Under the pieces are notes generated by a model. The model was given only the letters and a program-made list of their open reading frames with translations, made no database searches and was not told the origin of the DNA. From the NCBI GenBank assembly GCA_003222635.1, contig QHWQ01000010.1, positions 3,334-67,333 on the forward strand: 64,000 bases of DNA, read 5' to 3'. The stretch comes from Acidobacteriota bacterium (GTDB taxonomy: Bacteria > Acidobacteriota > Vicinamibacteria > Vicinamibacterales > UBA2999). Positions 16,851 to 26,032 of this stretch are shown piece by piece. Both the position numbers and the translations under genes were made by a program. Position 1 is the stretch's first letter. Every line of letters begins with the position of its first letter.

Positions 16851-17609
16851 TTGCACACGCTAGGCTTGCTCGTCCTTGCCCTCCAGGCGCAGGACGGCGC
16901 CGCCCCTGTCACGTCTGGGTCCCGCGTCTTAATCGACATCATCACGAAGGCGACCGTCATCAATCAGGCGGTCCTCGCGATCCTCGTCGCGATCTCGATT
17001 GCCTCGTGGGCGATCATCCTGTCCAAATGGCTGACGTACCGAAAGGTCCAGAGCCAGACGTCGCAGTTCCTCGACGCCTTCCGGAAGAGCAGCAAATTCT
17101 CGGAGGTGCAGGCTGTCGCGACGACGTTGTCGGCGAGCCCGCTCGTTGGGGTCTTCCAGGCAGGCTACGCCGAGCTCAACGCGCAATTCCGGCTCGGCAA
17201 GGAGCAGCCGGCCAATCCATCAGGTCCCGCGCCGCGTCCAACGATCAAGAGCCTGACGGCGGTCGATCGCGCGCTGCTGCGCGCGGCCACGGTTGAGATC
17301 AACAAGCTCGAGAAGCGGGTGCCGTTTCTGGCGACGGTCGCCAGCGTCGCGCCGTTCATCGGCCTGTTTGGAACGGTTGTTGGAATCACCATCGCGTTTC
17401 AGCGCATCGGCACGACCGGCTCGACCAACCTCGCCGTGGTCGGCCCGAGCATTTCCGAGGCGCTGATTGCGACGGCCGCCGGACTGTTCGCGGCGATTCC
17501 CGCCGTGCTGGCCTACAACCACTTCAGCACGCGTATGAAGACGTTCGCGGCAGAGATGGACGACTTCTCGCTGGAGTTTTTGAACATCGCGGAGCGCAAC
17601 TTCACGTAG
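16851..17609 (+). CDS. tolQ: MotA/TolQ/ExbB proton-channel protein (TolQ)
   Basis: Three TM segments and the motif FLATVASVAPFIGLFGTVVGI. The track ORF from 16125 is antisense to recN for its first about 600 nt. TTG 16851 is the first start after recN, but the start is uncertain. Confidence 0.85.
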   Translation: MHTLGLLVLALQAQDGAAPVTSGSRVLIDIITKATVINQAVLAILVAISIASWAIILSKWLTYRKVQSQTSQFLDAFRKSSKFSEVQAVATTLSASPLVGVFQAGYAELNAQFRLGKEQPANPSGPAPRPTIKSLTAVDRALLRAATVEINKLEKRVPFLATVASVAPFIGLFGTVVGITIAFQRIGTTGSTNLAVVGPSISEALIATAAGLFAAIPAVLAYNHFSTRMKTFAAEMDDFSLEFLNIAERNFT

Positions 17610-18074
17610 ATGCCGAAAGTTCTTCCGTCAGCTCCGACACCCGGTGGCGGCCGATTGACACGCGGCCGCCGCGTCTCGACCACGCTGGCTGAAATCAACG
17701 TCATCCCGCTCGTCGACGTGATGCTCGTGCTGCTCATCATCTTCATGGTGGCCGCGCCGATGCTGCAGCGCGGCGTCGAGGTGAACCTGCCGGTCGCCAG
17801 CCGCTCGACCGAAATCGCCAGCGACCGCATCTTCGTCAACGTGCCGCTCTCGTTCAAAGAGGATCGGCGCGTGTTCATCGGCCAGGATCCGGTGCGCATC
17901 GACGTGCTGACCGAGCGGATGCGCCAGATGATGGTGAACCGGACCGACAAGCAGGTGTTCCTGCGCGGCGACGGCGGCATCGAGCTGCAGGAGCTGCTCG
18001 ACATCATGGACCGGCTCAAGACGGCCGGCGTCGAGAAGGTCGGCATCGTCTCGAAGCTGCCCGGAGAGCAATGA
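17610..18074 (+). CDS. tolR: ExbD/TolR biopolymer transport protein
   Basis: This 154-aa ORF reads LAEINVIPLVDVMLVLLIIFMV, and its ATG abuts the tolQ stop. Confidence 0.9.
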   Translation: MPKVLPSAPTPGGGRLTRGRRVSTTLAEINVIPLVDVMLVLLIIFMVAAPMLQRGVEVNLPVASRSTEIASDRIFVNVPLSFKEDRRVFIGQDPVRIDVLTERMRQMMVNRTDKQVFLRGDGGIELQELLDIMDRLKTAGVEKVGIVSKLPGEQ

Positions 18075-18847
18075 CCGAAGGGACCGTCACCGACATCATC
18101 GTCGCGCGCGCGCAGGCGAGCGAGCGGCTCGGTGCGGCGATTCCCTGGGCGGTCGCGGCGCACATCGCGCTCTTCGCCTTCATGATCTTCATGCCGGCGA
18201 GCTGGCGTGGCGCGGTGGATGAAGGGCCGCGCACGGTGATGACGATCAGCCTTGGCGGTGCGCCCGGTCCTCGAAATGGCGGGTTGACGACGATGGGCGG
18301 ACGGACGGTGCAGGCGCCGCCGCCGGAACCGGCGAAGAAGGTTGTGGAGACGCCGCCCGCCGCGAAGACGCCGGAGATGGCGCTGCCCACCAAGAACCCT
18401 CGCGTCGTCAAGCCGCAGCCAAAGGAAGCGCCGAAAGAAGCCACTCCGCGCACGCAGCCAGCCACGGGTGAGCCTCAGGAAGGATCAACGCGCGTGAACA
18501 CTGGCGCGCGTGGTCAAGGCTTCGGTCTGACGCAAAGCGGAGGCGGCGGCTCGGGCGTGACCGTCGACACCGCGAACTTCTGCTGCCCCGAATACCTGTC
18601 GCAGATGGTCTCCCTCATTCAGCGGAACTGGGACTCGAAACAGCCGGCAGCCGGCAGCGTCATCATGAAGTTCACGATCACGCGCGCCGGGACGATCGAG
18701 AACGTTCAGGTCGAGCAGTCGAGCGGCTTCGTCGCGCACGAGTTGACCGCGCAGCGGGCGCTGCTGCTGACGCGGCTTCCCGAGCTTCCGATTCAGTATC
18801 CGAATCAGACGCTCACGGTTCACATGCGATTCGAGTATCAACACTGA
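18071..18847 (+). CDS. TolA-like / TonB C-terminal-domain energy transducer
   Basis: TM anchor, a Pro/Ala/Lys-rich linker and a TonB_C-like end (...YPNQTLTVHMRFEYQH). The gene is translationally coupled on both sides within the tol cluster. Confidence 0.8.
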   Translation: MTEGTVTDIIVARAQASERLGAAIPWAVAAHIALFAFMIFMPASWRGAVDEGPRTVMTISLGGAPGPRNGGLTTMGGRTVQAPPPEPAKKVVETPPAAKTPEMALPTKNPRVVKPQPKEAPKEATPRTQPATGEPQEGSTRVNTGARGQGFGLTQSGGGGSGVTVDTANFCCPEYLSQMVSLIQRNWDSKQPAAGSVIMKFTITRAGTIENVQVEQSSGFVAHELTAQRALLLTRLPELPIQYPNQTLTVHMRFEYQH

Positions 18848-20217
18848 TGAGAAATTCCCTGAAATGGTCCGGGCTCGTCGTCCTCGTTGCGCTGACGCTG
18901 TCCGTCCTGCTGGCCGCGCAGCAGCAGACGACTCCCACGCCGCCGCCGCAGCAGCCGTCCGAGATTCAACTCGTGATCAGTGGAGAGCCGGGAACGCCGC
19001 CGCGCTACGCGGTGCCGGATTTCGTGGCGCTGTCGCCCGACGTCGCCGACGTCGCGAAGCTGCTCGGGCAGGTACTGTGGGACGACCTCAACTTCGAGCG
19101 CGAGTTCTACATGATCCCGCGCGACACCTACTCGACGATTCCCGTCGCGCGTACGGGCGACGATATCCCCTTCGCGGCATGGCGCGAGCTGGGCGCGGAT
19201 GCTGTGGTCTTCGGCACGGTGCAGAAGACGGATCCGAACACCGTCCGCGTGCAGGTGCGGCTCTTCAACGTGCGGTCGCGTCAGTCGGTGTTTGCGAAGG
19301 AGTACACGGGGTCGGCCGCGAACCCGCGGCTGTACGCGCACACGATGTCGGATGAAATCCATCAGCAGCAGCGCGCGCTGCGCGGCGTGGCGCGGACCAA
19401 GCTGACGTTCTCGTCCGATCGCAACCGGGAGCGCGTGGCGGGGCCGGTGCAGAACCGCGACGTCAAGGAGGTCTACATCGCGGATTACGACGGCGAGAAC
19501 GTGCGCCGCGTGACGACCAACCGGCAGTTGAACATCACGCCCACCTGGGCGCCCGACGCGCGCGGCATCGCGTATACGTCCTATCGTCGCGGGTATCCGG
19601 ACATCTTCATCGCGCTGATCTATCAGGGTCTGCAGGAGACGCCGACCAACGGCGTCGGCCAGAACTGGCTGCCGATGTTCTCGCCTGACGGCACGCGCAT
19701 CTGCTTCACGTCGAACCGCGATGGCAATCCAGAGCTGTACGTGATGAATCGCGACGGCAGCAACGTCCGGCGCGTCACGAACAATCCGGCCATCGACACG
19801 ACGCCGACGTGGTCGCCCAACGGCGCGCAGATCGCCTTCACCTCCGATCGCGCCGGCACGCCGCAGATCTACATCGTCGGCGCCGACGGTCTGAACCTGC
19901 GGCGCATCACGACCAACGAATCGTGGGCCGACCGGCCGACGTGGTCGCCGGCGCCGTTCAACGAGATCGCCTACGCGGGACGAACCGGGCCCGGGTTCGA
20001 CATCAAGGTGTACGACCTGGCCAGCGGCGAGACGCGGCAGATCACCTTCGGCGAGGGGAGCAACGAGAGCCCCGCGTATTCACCGAACGGGCGCCACATC
20101 GCCTTTTCGTCGACGCGCAGCCGCGGGACGCAGGTCTACACGATGGCGCGCGACGGGAAGAACGTGAAGCAGATCACGCGTGACGGCAACAATGCCACGC
20201 CGTCGTGGTCGAATTGA
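18847..20217 (+). CDS. tolB: Tol-Pal system beta-propeller protein TolB
   Basis: Signal peptide, a TolB N-domain, then repeated ...PTWSPDG/FSPDG/YSPNG... propeller blades. Length 456 aa. Confidence 0.93.
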   Translation: MRNSLKWSGLVVLVALTLSVLLAAQQQTTPTPPPQQPSEIQLVISGEPGTPPRYAVPDFVALSPDVADVAKLLGQVLWDDLNFEREFYMIPRDTYSTIPVARTGDDIPFAAWRELGADAVVFGTVQKTDPNTVRVQVRLFNVRSRQSVFAKEYTGSAANPRLYAHTMSDEIHQQQRALRGVARTKLTFSSDRNRERVAGPVQNRDVKEVYIADYDGENVRRVTTNRQLNITPTWAPDARGIAYTSYRRGYPDIFIALIYQGLQETPTNGVGQNWLPMFSPDGTRICFTSNRDGNPELYVMNRDGSNVRRVTNNPAIDTTPTWSPNGAQIAFTSDRAGTPQIYIVGADGLNLRRITTNESWADRPTWSPAPFNEIAYAGRTGPGFDIKVYDLASGETRQITFGEGSNESPAYSPNGRHIAFSSTRSRGTQVYTMARDGKNVKQITRDGNNATPSWSN

Positions 20218-20225
20218 GGATGGAC

Positions 20226-20804
20226 ATGAAGCGCGCAACCATTGTCCTGATGCTCCTGCTGGCCTTCACGGCCGCCTGCGCGAAGAAGAAGCCCGCGACG
20301 GTCGCATCGGGGCCTCCGCCCGCTGCCACGGCGCCGGCGCCTGCGCCGGCGGCCACGCCTCCTCCACCGCCGCCCCGTCCAGCTGAACGAGTCGAGGATT
20401 CTGTTCCCGTACCGGCAATCAGCGAGGACACGATTGGCAATCGATCGCTCGAAGACCTGAATCGCGACTCGCCGTTCAAGCCCGCGTTCTTCGATCTCGA
20501 CAGCTCCGATCTCGATGACGCCGGCCGGGCGATCGTTTCCGCGAACGCGGACATCATGAAGCGCTACCCGACGTGGGTCGTCACGGTGGAAGGGCACTGC
20601 GACGAGCGCGGCACCGCGGAATACAACCTCGCGCTCGGCGAGAAGCGTGCGGTTGCGGTAAAAACGTATCTGGTGGCGCTGGGTGTTTCGCCCGATCGCC
20701 TGCGGACGGTGAGCTACGGCAAGGAATTTCCGTTCGACACCGGCCACACCGAATCAGCGTGGTCGAAGAATCGCCGCGCGCATTTCGTCATTACGTCGAA
20801 ATAA
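20226..20804 (+). CDS. pal: peptidoglycan-associated lipoprotein Pal (OmpA family)
   Basis: From ATG 20226 the protein reads MKRATIVLMLLLAFTAAC, a lipobox. An Ala/Pro-rich linker follows, then an OmpA_C domain (GHCDERGTAEYNLALGEKRA...NRRAHF). Confidence 0.92.
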   Translation: MKRATIVLMLLLAFTAACAKKKPATVASGPPPAATAPAPAPAATPPPPPPRPAERVEDSVPVPAISEDTIGNRSLEDLNRDSPFKPAFFDLDSSDLDDAGRAIVSANADIMKRYPTWVVTVEGHCDERGTAEYNLALGEKRAVAVKTYLVALGVSPDRLRTVSYGKEFPFDTGHTESAWSKNRRAHFVITSK

Positions 20805-20813
20805 CCGAGGAAG

Positions 20814-21677
20814 ATGATGAAAAGGATTCTCACGATCGTCGCCGTGCTGCTCGCCGCCGCAGCGCCCGCCTCGGCGCAGAGCCGCGAGCAGCGGCAGATG
20901 ATGGCCGACATCCGGATGCTGCAGCAGCAGACGCAGGAGCTGCAGGTCGCCATCGGGACCCTCACTCAGGCGCTGCAGGACCAGATCACCCAGATCAAGA
21001 CGGTGAACACCCGGATCGACGCGGCGAGCGACGCGCAGCGCAAGGGCTTCGCGGATCAGAAGGTCACCATCGACGAGATGGGCAAGGACCTCCGCGCCAT
21101 TCGCGAGCGCGTCGACGACACCAACGTCCGCGTCAGCAATGTCCGCGAGGAGATCGAGGCGCTGCGCAATTCGATTCCCGTGGCGGCGCCGATCAGCGCG
21201 GCGCCGCCCGTGCCGGTTGGTGATCCGAACGCCCCGGCCGCTCCCGCGCCGACGACAGGCCCGACGCCTCCGCCGTCGACAGCCGGCCTCTCGCCGACGC
21301 GCATGTTCGACACCGCGCGCGCCGACTACGCCGCCGGTCAATGGTCGCTCGCCATCACCGGCTTCGATGCGTTCCTCAAGACCTTCCCGCGTTCCGAGAT
21401 GGCCGACGACGCGCAGTTCCTGATTGGCGAGACCTACTACGCACAAAACAAGTGGATGGACGCGATTGCCGCATACAATGCGGTGATCCAGAACTACCCG
21501 ATGGGCAATGCCGTGCCCGAGGCGTACTACAAGCGCGGGCTGGCGCAGGAGCGTCTCGGTCAGCTCGACGACGCGCGCGAATCCTGGAACACCGTGATCC
21601 AGATGGCGCCGGACAGCGACGCGGGTCGCCTCGCCAAGCAGAACCTCGATCGGGTCGCCCGGCGTCCGGCACAGTGA
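20814..21677 (+). CDS. cpoB: Tol-Pal system protein YbgF/CpoB
   Basis: Signal peptide, an N-terminal coiled coil, then C-terminal TPRs (AQFLIGETYYAQNKWMDAIAAYNAVIQNYP...AYYKRGLAQERLGQ). ATG 20817 is an equally good start. Confidence 0.88.
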   Translation: MMKRILTIVAVLLAAAAPASAQSREQRQMMADIRMLQQQTQELQVAIGTLTQALQDQITQIKTVNTRIDAASDAQRKGFADQKVTIDEMGKDLRAIRERVDDTNVRVSNVREEIEALRNSIPVAAPISAAPPVPVGDPNAPAAPAPTTGPTPPPSTAGLSPTRMFDTARADYAAGQWSLAITGFDAFLKTFPRSEMADDAQFLIGETYYAQNKWMDAIAAYNAVIQNYPMGNAVPEAYYKRGLAQERLGQLDDARESWNTVIQMAPDSDAGRLAKQNLDRVARRPAQ

Positions 21678-21710
21678 CCTTTCCCGTCACGCTGCCCCGG
21701 TGAAATCAAG

Positions 21711-21763
21711 GTCCGGCTAAAGCCGGACGCTGCCGATGTTCGGTAGTGTCCGCCTTCGGCGGC
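21711..21763. repeat. REP doublet, second hairpin truncated
   Basis: GTCCGGCtaaaGCCGGAC lies at 21711-21728. GTAGT+GTCCGCCttc-GGCGGC at 21744-21763 lacks the full closing arm and runs directly into ssb codons. Confidence 0.75.
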
Positions 21764-22126
21764 GCCGCCGTTGCGACGTTGAACCTCGCGACGACCGAGG
21801 TGTGGAACGACAAGGGTGGGCAGCGCCAGGAAAAAACCGAGTGGCACCGCATCGTCCTCTGGGGCAAGCAGGCGGAGAGCCTGCAGGAGTACCTCACCAA
21901 GGGGAAACAGATTTACGTCGAAGGCCGCCTGCAGACGCGCCAGTGGGACGACAAGGACGGCAACAAGCGCTACACGACGGAGATCAAGGCCGACCGCATC
22001 ACGCTGCTTGGCGGCGGCGGTGGCGGCCGCGGTGCCTCGATGGAGCGCGGCGCCGTGAGCATGCCACACGCCGGCGGTGACGAGCTCGCGATGGAGCCCA
22101 TCACCGACGACGATATTCCCTTCTGA
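21746..22126 (+). CDS. ssb: single-stranded DNA-binding protein, 5'-truncated (possible pseudogene)
   Basis: The protein reads ...[38 protein letters not shown]...[21 protein letters not shown]... and ends in the acidic tail DDDIPF. The usual first about 22 residues (M..NKVILIGNLG.DPELR) are absent in all frames. The only start is a GTG inside the REP hairpin. Confidence 0.8.
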   Translation: MSAFGGAAVATLNLATTEVWNDKGGQRQEKTEWHRIVLWGKQAESLQEYLTKGKQIYVEGRLQTRQWDDKDGNKRYTTEIKADRITLLGGGGGGRGASMERGAVSMPHAGGDELAMEPITDDDIPF

Positions 22127-23011
22127 TTATTTCCCCGCGAACGGTCCGACCTCGGGCTTGCCCTGCGTATTCGCAAGCGGCCCGAGTTCGGCTGCAACCC
22201 CACGCGCGATCGCTGCGGTTTCAGTACCCGCCTGAAAACAGGTGAAGTCGGGGCGATCGCGCCAGGCGAGTGGTCCGCACAGCCGCTTGCCCGCGCCGAT
22301 CGCGGCGTCGTGGACGATGTTGATCAGGCGCTCGTAGTCGGGACTCCCCTGCGCATAGCCGCTGAAGTTGCCGAGATCTCCGCTTGCCGCGAAGAGCGCC
22401 GTGACGCCGGGAACTTTCGCGATTTCCGCCGCGTTCTTCGCGCCCTCCAGCGTCTCGATCATCAGGACCAGCACGATGTTGTCGTTGATCGTTTGCCGAT
22501 AGCCGCCGGGCACGCCGCCGAACACCGCCGGATCGAATGCCTGGCCACCACCCTGGCTGCGCTTGCCGAGCGGCGGAAAGTAGACCCAGTCGCGCGCGGC
22601 GATCGCTTCCTCGACCGTGTCGATCGTCGGCACGACGACGACCAGCGCGCCCGCGTCCATCGCGTGCTGAATTTCGCGCTCATCGGCATACGCGACACGC
22701 ACGCCGGGGACCGCCTTCGCGTGCGGACAGGTGCGCCAGAGCCGCGACGTCAATTCCCAGTCGCGGCCGTCATGCTGCTGCTCGGTCCAGATGAAGTCGT
22801 AGCCCGCGTTCGCCATCGCGCAATACGTCGTGGGATCGGTGGCGCTGAAGACGGTGCCGCCGGTGACTTTCTGGCCGGCCATCATCTTCAGCTTCACCGG
22901 ATTCCAGATCTTGCTGCCCGCGGGCGCGTTGAACGCCGGGCCGTATTTCCAGTTGTTGGGATCGAGCCCAAGGGTGACGGCTATGAGGACGCCGAGGCCA
23001 ACGCGTGTCAT
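22127..23011 (-). CDS. HpcH/HpaI-family aldolase with N-terminal signal/anchor
   Basis: This 294-aa ORF shows ...GYDFIWTEQQHD...VVVPTIDTVEEA...VLVLMIETLEGA..., an HpcH/HpaI-like pattern. AAGGAGG lies 6 nt upstream of ATG 23011. Confidence 0.75.
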   Translation of the reverse strand: MTRVGLGVLIAVTLGLDPNNWKYGPAFNAPAGSKIWNPVKLKMMAGQKVTGGTVFSATDPTTYCAMANAGYDFIWTEQQHDGRDWELTSRLWRTCPHAKAVPGVRVAYADEREIQHAMDAGALVVVVPTIDTVEEAIAARDWVYFPPLGKRSQGGGQAFDPAVFGGVPGGYRQTINDNIVLVLMIETLEGAKNAAEIAKVPGVTALFAASGDLGNFSGYAQGSPDYERLINIVHDAAIGAGKRLCGPLAWRDRPDFTCFQAGTETAAIARGVAAELGPLANTQGKPEVGPFAGK

Positions 23012-23047
23012 CGCACCCTCCTTTAATCTGGGTGCGATTCTCTCACG

Positions 23048-23401
23048 CTATGTCCCTTCGCGCCCGTACCGATCTTCGAGCCTGACGACGTCGTCCAGTT
23101 CGGGGGTCGAGACTTCGAGCAAATCGCAATCCTCGAGCGCGGTCATCCGGTGCACGGTGAGCGGGGTCACGTGCACGGAGTCGCCGGGACGCATCTCGCA
23201 CTTCTCCAGCGGACCCCCCTTCGGGCCGATCTCGAACATCATCCTGCCGCTCTGGACGTAGATCGTCTCGTCCTTCTTGTTGTGATACTGGAGGCTCAGC
23301 GCGTGGCCCGCGTTGATGTGCAGCACCTTGCCGGCATAGCGATCCGTCTTCGCCCAGTGCAGTTCGTAGCCCCACGGCTTCTCGACCCGCGTCACACTCA
23401 T
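23048..23401 (-). CDS. cupin-domain protein (type II mannose-6-phosphate isomerase-like)
   Basis: This 117-aa ORF reads EKPWGYELHWAKTDRYAGKVLHINAGHALSLQYHNKKDETIYV...VHR. Its start overlaps the EI stop. Confidence 0.8.
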   Translation of the reverse strand: MSVTRVEKPWGYELHWAKTDRYAGKVLHINAGHALSLQYHNKKDETIYVQSGRMMFEIGPKGGPLEKCEMRPGDSVHVTPLTVHRMTALEDCDLLEVSTPELDDVVRLEDRYGREGT

Positions 23402-25176
23402 TGCGTTTTTACCTCTTCCCGCCCGCCCTCCGGCCCGAAGTGCTCCACGAGGACTTTTTCAATCTCGTCGACCGTGCCGAGCGTCATCACGCGCGCGGCG
23501 ATGCGCGCCATCTCGCCCGCGCTCGTCTCGGAGACGACGCGCCGCGCCATCAGCAGGGCGCCCGGCGTCATGCTGAACTCCGTCAGGCCGCAGCCGATCA
23601 GCAGCCGCAGCAGCAGCGGATCGGACGCCATCTCGCCGCACACCGCGAGCGGAATGCCCTGCCGCACGGCGCCGCGCCGCACCTGACGAATCAGACGAAG
23701 CACCGCTGGATGCAGCGGCTCGTAGCGATCGGAGACACGCTCGTCGGTGCGGTCGACCGCGAGCGTGTACTGAATGAGATCGTTCGTGCCAATCGTGAAG
23801 AAATCGACCTCGCGGGCGAGCAGCGAGGCCGTGAACGCCGCGGATGGCACTTCGATCATGATGCCGATGGCCGCCTGTCCCGCCTCGACGCCGCGCGCCT
23901 GCAGCTCGGCCCGCGCCTCGGCGAGCAGCGCGCGCGCCGCGCGCACTTCGTGCACCGACGAGACGAACGGGAACATGATGCGCAGCGATCCGTGTGCGGC
24001 CGCCCGCAGCAGCGCGCGCAGCTGCGTCTTGAAGATCGCCGGCTGCGCGAGGCCGAAGCGGATGCCGCGCAGGCCGGCGTGCCCCGTGCGTCCCGCATCC
24101 GGAAACCAGCGCGCATCGAGCGCGGTGTCGACCAGCGGCCGCGCGAGCTGCCGTTCGTCGATGTCGAAGGTGCGGATCGTGACGGGCCGCGGCGCCATGT
24201 TCTGCACGACATGGCGGTAGACCTCGTACTGCTCGTCCTCGCCGGCCAGGTCCGGCGGACCGCCGACGAGCAGGAATTCCGATCGATAGAGCCCGATCCC
24301 TTCCGCGCCGGAGGCCAGCGCCATCGCGACATCGTCGGTGCGCTCGATGTTGGCGTGCAGCTGGATGCGGATGCCGTCGGTCGTTTCGTTCGGCCCTTCG
24401 GTGCGCGGCGCGCTCTGACGCCCACGCTGCAGACGCGTGCGCGCTTCGGCCTCGCGTCGATCGGACGGAGCCGGATCGATCATCACATCGCCGCTGTCGC
24501 CGTCGATGATCACGGACGCGCCGGCGGGAATCCGCTGGCTGACGTCGTGCAGGCCGACGACCGCGGGCACGCCCAGGGAGCGCGCGAGGATCGCCGTGTG
24601 GTAGGTGCGGCTGCCGGCGTCGGTGGCAAAGCCGAGGATGCGGGTCCAATCGAGCTGCGCGACCACGGACGGCGTCAGCTCGTCGGCGACGAGCACGCAG
24701 GGCGAATCGAGGTCGTGCAGGAGATCGCGCGCGCCCCCCTTCTCGCCGCGCAGGTTCATGCGCAGGCGCCCCGCCACGTCGTGGAGGTCGCCCTTTCGCT
24801 CGTGCAGGTACGGATCCTCGACGTCGTTGAACACCGCGGCGATCTCGTCGAACGCGCGCTGCACGGCCCACTCCGCGTTGACACGCTCGGCGGAGATCAA
24901 ATCCGCGGCGCGGCCGACCAGCACCGGATCGTCGAGCATCAGCAGCTGCGCGTCGAAGATGGAGGCGAGATCGGCGCCCTTCAGCTCCGAGATGCGCGTG
25001 CGAATCTGCTGCAGCTGCTGGCGCGAGCGCTTGCGCGCGCGCTCGAGTGCCGACAGCTCGCGCGCCACGCGCTCCGGCGCAATCGGAAAGCGAATGACCT
25101 GAGTGCGCTGGATCGCGACCAGCGCCGGACCGAACGCGATCCCCGACGAGACGCCGATCCCCTTCAGGCGTTCCAC
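23398..25176 (-). CDS. ptsI: phosphoenolpyruvate-protein phosphotransferase (PTS Enzyme I)
   Basis: From GTG 25176 the protein reads VERLKGIGVSSGIAFGPALV. The active-site region GSRTYHTAILARSLGVPAVVG and the motifs FFTIGTNDLIQYTLAVDR and LAVCGEMASDP are present. The track start at 25524 runs through HPr. Confidence 0.92.
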   Translation of the reverse strand: MERLKGIGVSSGIAFGPALVAIQRTQVIRFPIAPERVARELSALERARKRSRQQLQQIRTRISELKGADLASIFDAQLLMLDDPVLVGRAADLISAERVNAEWAVQRAFDEIAAVFNDVEDPYLHERKGDLHDVAGRLRMNLRGEKGGARDLLHDLDSPCVLVADELTPSVVAQLDWTRILGFATDAGSRTYHTAILARSLGVPAVVGLHDVSQRIPAGASVIIDGDSGDVMIDPAPSDRREAEARTRLQRGRQSAPRTEGPNETTDGIRIQLHANIERTDDVAMALASGAEGIGLYRSEFLLVGGPPDLAGEDEQYEVYRHVVQNMAPRPVTIRTFDIDERQLARPLVDTALDARWFPDAGRTGHAGLRGIRFGLAQPAIFKTQLRALLRAAAHGSLRIMFPFVSSVHEVRAARALLAEARAELQARGVEAGQAAIGIMIEVPSAAFTASLLAREVDFFTIGTNDLIQYTLAVDRTDERVSDRYEPLHPAVLRLIRQVRRGAVRQGIPLAVCGEMASDPLLLRLLIGCGLTEFSMTPGALLMARRVVSETSAGEMARIAARVMTLGTVDEIEKVLVEHFGPEGGREEVKTQ

Positions 25177-25442
25177 GACTCTTCTCCGAACCCCGATTCG
25201 ACCAGCTCGATGAGCGATTGCACCGCGTTGGCCTCGTCGGGACCGTCCGCGCTGATCGTCAGCGTCGTGCCGCGCGCCGCCGCCAGCAGCAGGATGCCCA
25301 TGATGCTCTTGCCGTCCATCACCTTCGCGTCGCGCGTCACGCGGATCTGCGACGCAAAGCGCGTCGCCAGGTGAACGAACCGCGCGGCGGCCCTCGCGTG
25401 CAGCCCCAGCGGATTCGTGACGGTCACCGAGCGCGTCACCAT
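25164..25442 (-). CDS. phosphocarrier protein HPr
   Basis: The protein reads MVTRSVTVTNPLGLHARAAARF, carrying His-15, and ...MDGKSIMGIL, carrying the Ser-46 context. The start is ATG 25442, or GTG 25445 as in the track. Confidence 0.9.
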   Translation of the reverse strand: MVTRSVTVTNPLGLHARAAARFVHLATRFASQIRVTRDAKVMDGKSIMGILLLAAARGTTLTISADGPDEANAVQSLIELVESGFGEESWNA

Positions 25443-25858
25443 CACGCCTTCTCCGTCGTCTTCTCGCCGCGCAGCAGGTCGGAGGCGACCCAGATGGCCG
25501 CCCTCCCCTGTTCGCGAATCTCACGCGCCGCGGTCAGCAGGTCGGCGCGCTGCCCCGCGTCCGCCAGCTTGATCAGCATGGGCAGATTGACGCCGGTGAT
25601 CACCTCGACTGTGTCGCTCAGGAACGTCATGGCCAGATTCGACGGCGTGCCGCCGAACATGTCCGAGAGGATCAACACGCCGTCATCCTGCCTCACGCGG
25701 GCGATCGCTTGCGCGATCTCCGCGCGTGCATCCTCCGTATCCTCGTGCCAGCCGATCGACACGGCGGCAAACTGCGGCAGGTCGCCGACGATCGTTTCGG
25801 CCGCGTTGAGCAGCTCGGTGGCGAGCTGACCGTGGGTGACGACAACGACTCCGATCAT
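25442..25858 (-). CDS. PTS EIIA component, mannose/fructose class
   Basis: The protein reads MIGVVVVTHGQLATELL, the His phosphorylation-site context, then ...LILSDMFGGTPSN. Length 138 aa. Confidence 0.88.
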   Translation of the reverse strand: MIGVVVVTHGQLATELLNAAETIVGDLPQFAAVSIGWHEDTEDARAEIAQAIARVRQDDGVLILSDMFGGTPSNLAMTFLSDTVEVITGVNLPMLIKLADAGQRADLLTAAREIREQGRAAIWVASDLLRGEKTTEKA

Positions 25859-25870
25859 GCAGGAGCCTGG

Positions 25871-26028
25871 CAGTTCACGCTTCCGCGCTTCTCTGTTCTT
25901 CGTTCGTGTTCATGTTCTGGTTCGATTCCGGCGTTCGCGCAGCGAAGGCCGAACGCGGCACACTGAACGGCGAACCGAACATGAACCTGAACACGAACCG
26001 GGAAGCGAGAACATGGAAGTGTGAACCG
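25871..26028. repeat. 158-bp long imperfect inverted repeat, gene-less copy of the element at 32581-33314
   Basis: The ends are CAGTTCACGCTTCCGC...GGAAGTGTGAACCG. The arms are built from GTTC-rich units (GTTCGTGTTCATGTTCTGGTTCG / CGAACCGAACATGAACCTGAACACGAAC). The repeat fills the EIIA-rapZ spacer. Confidence 0.8.
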
Positions 26029-26032
26029 CATA

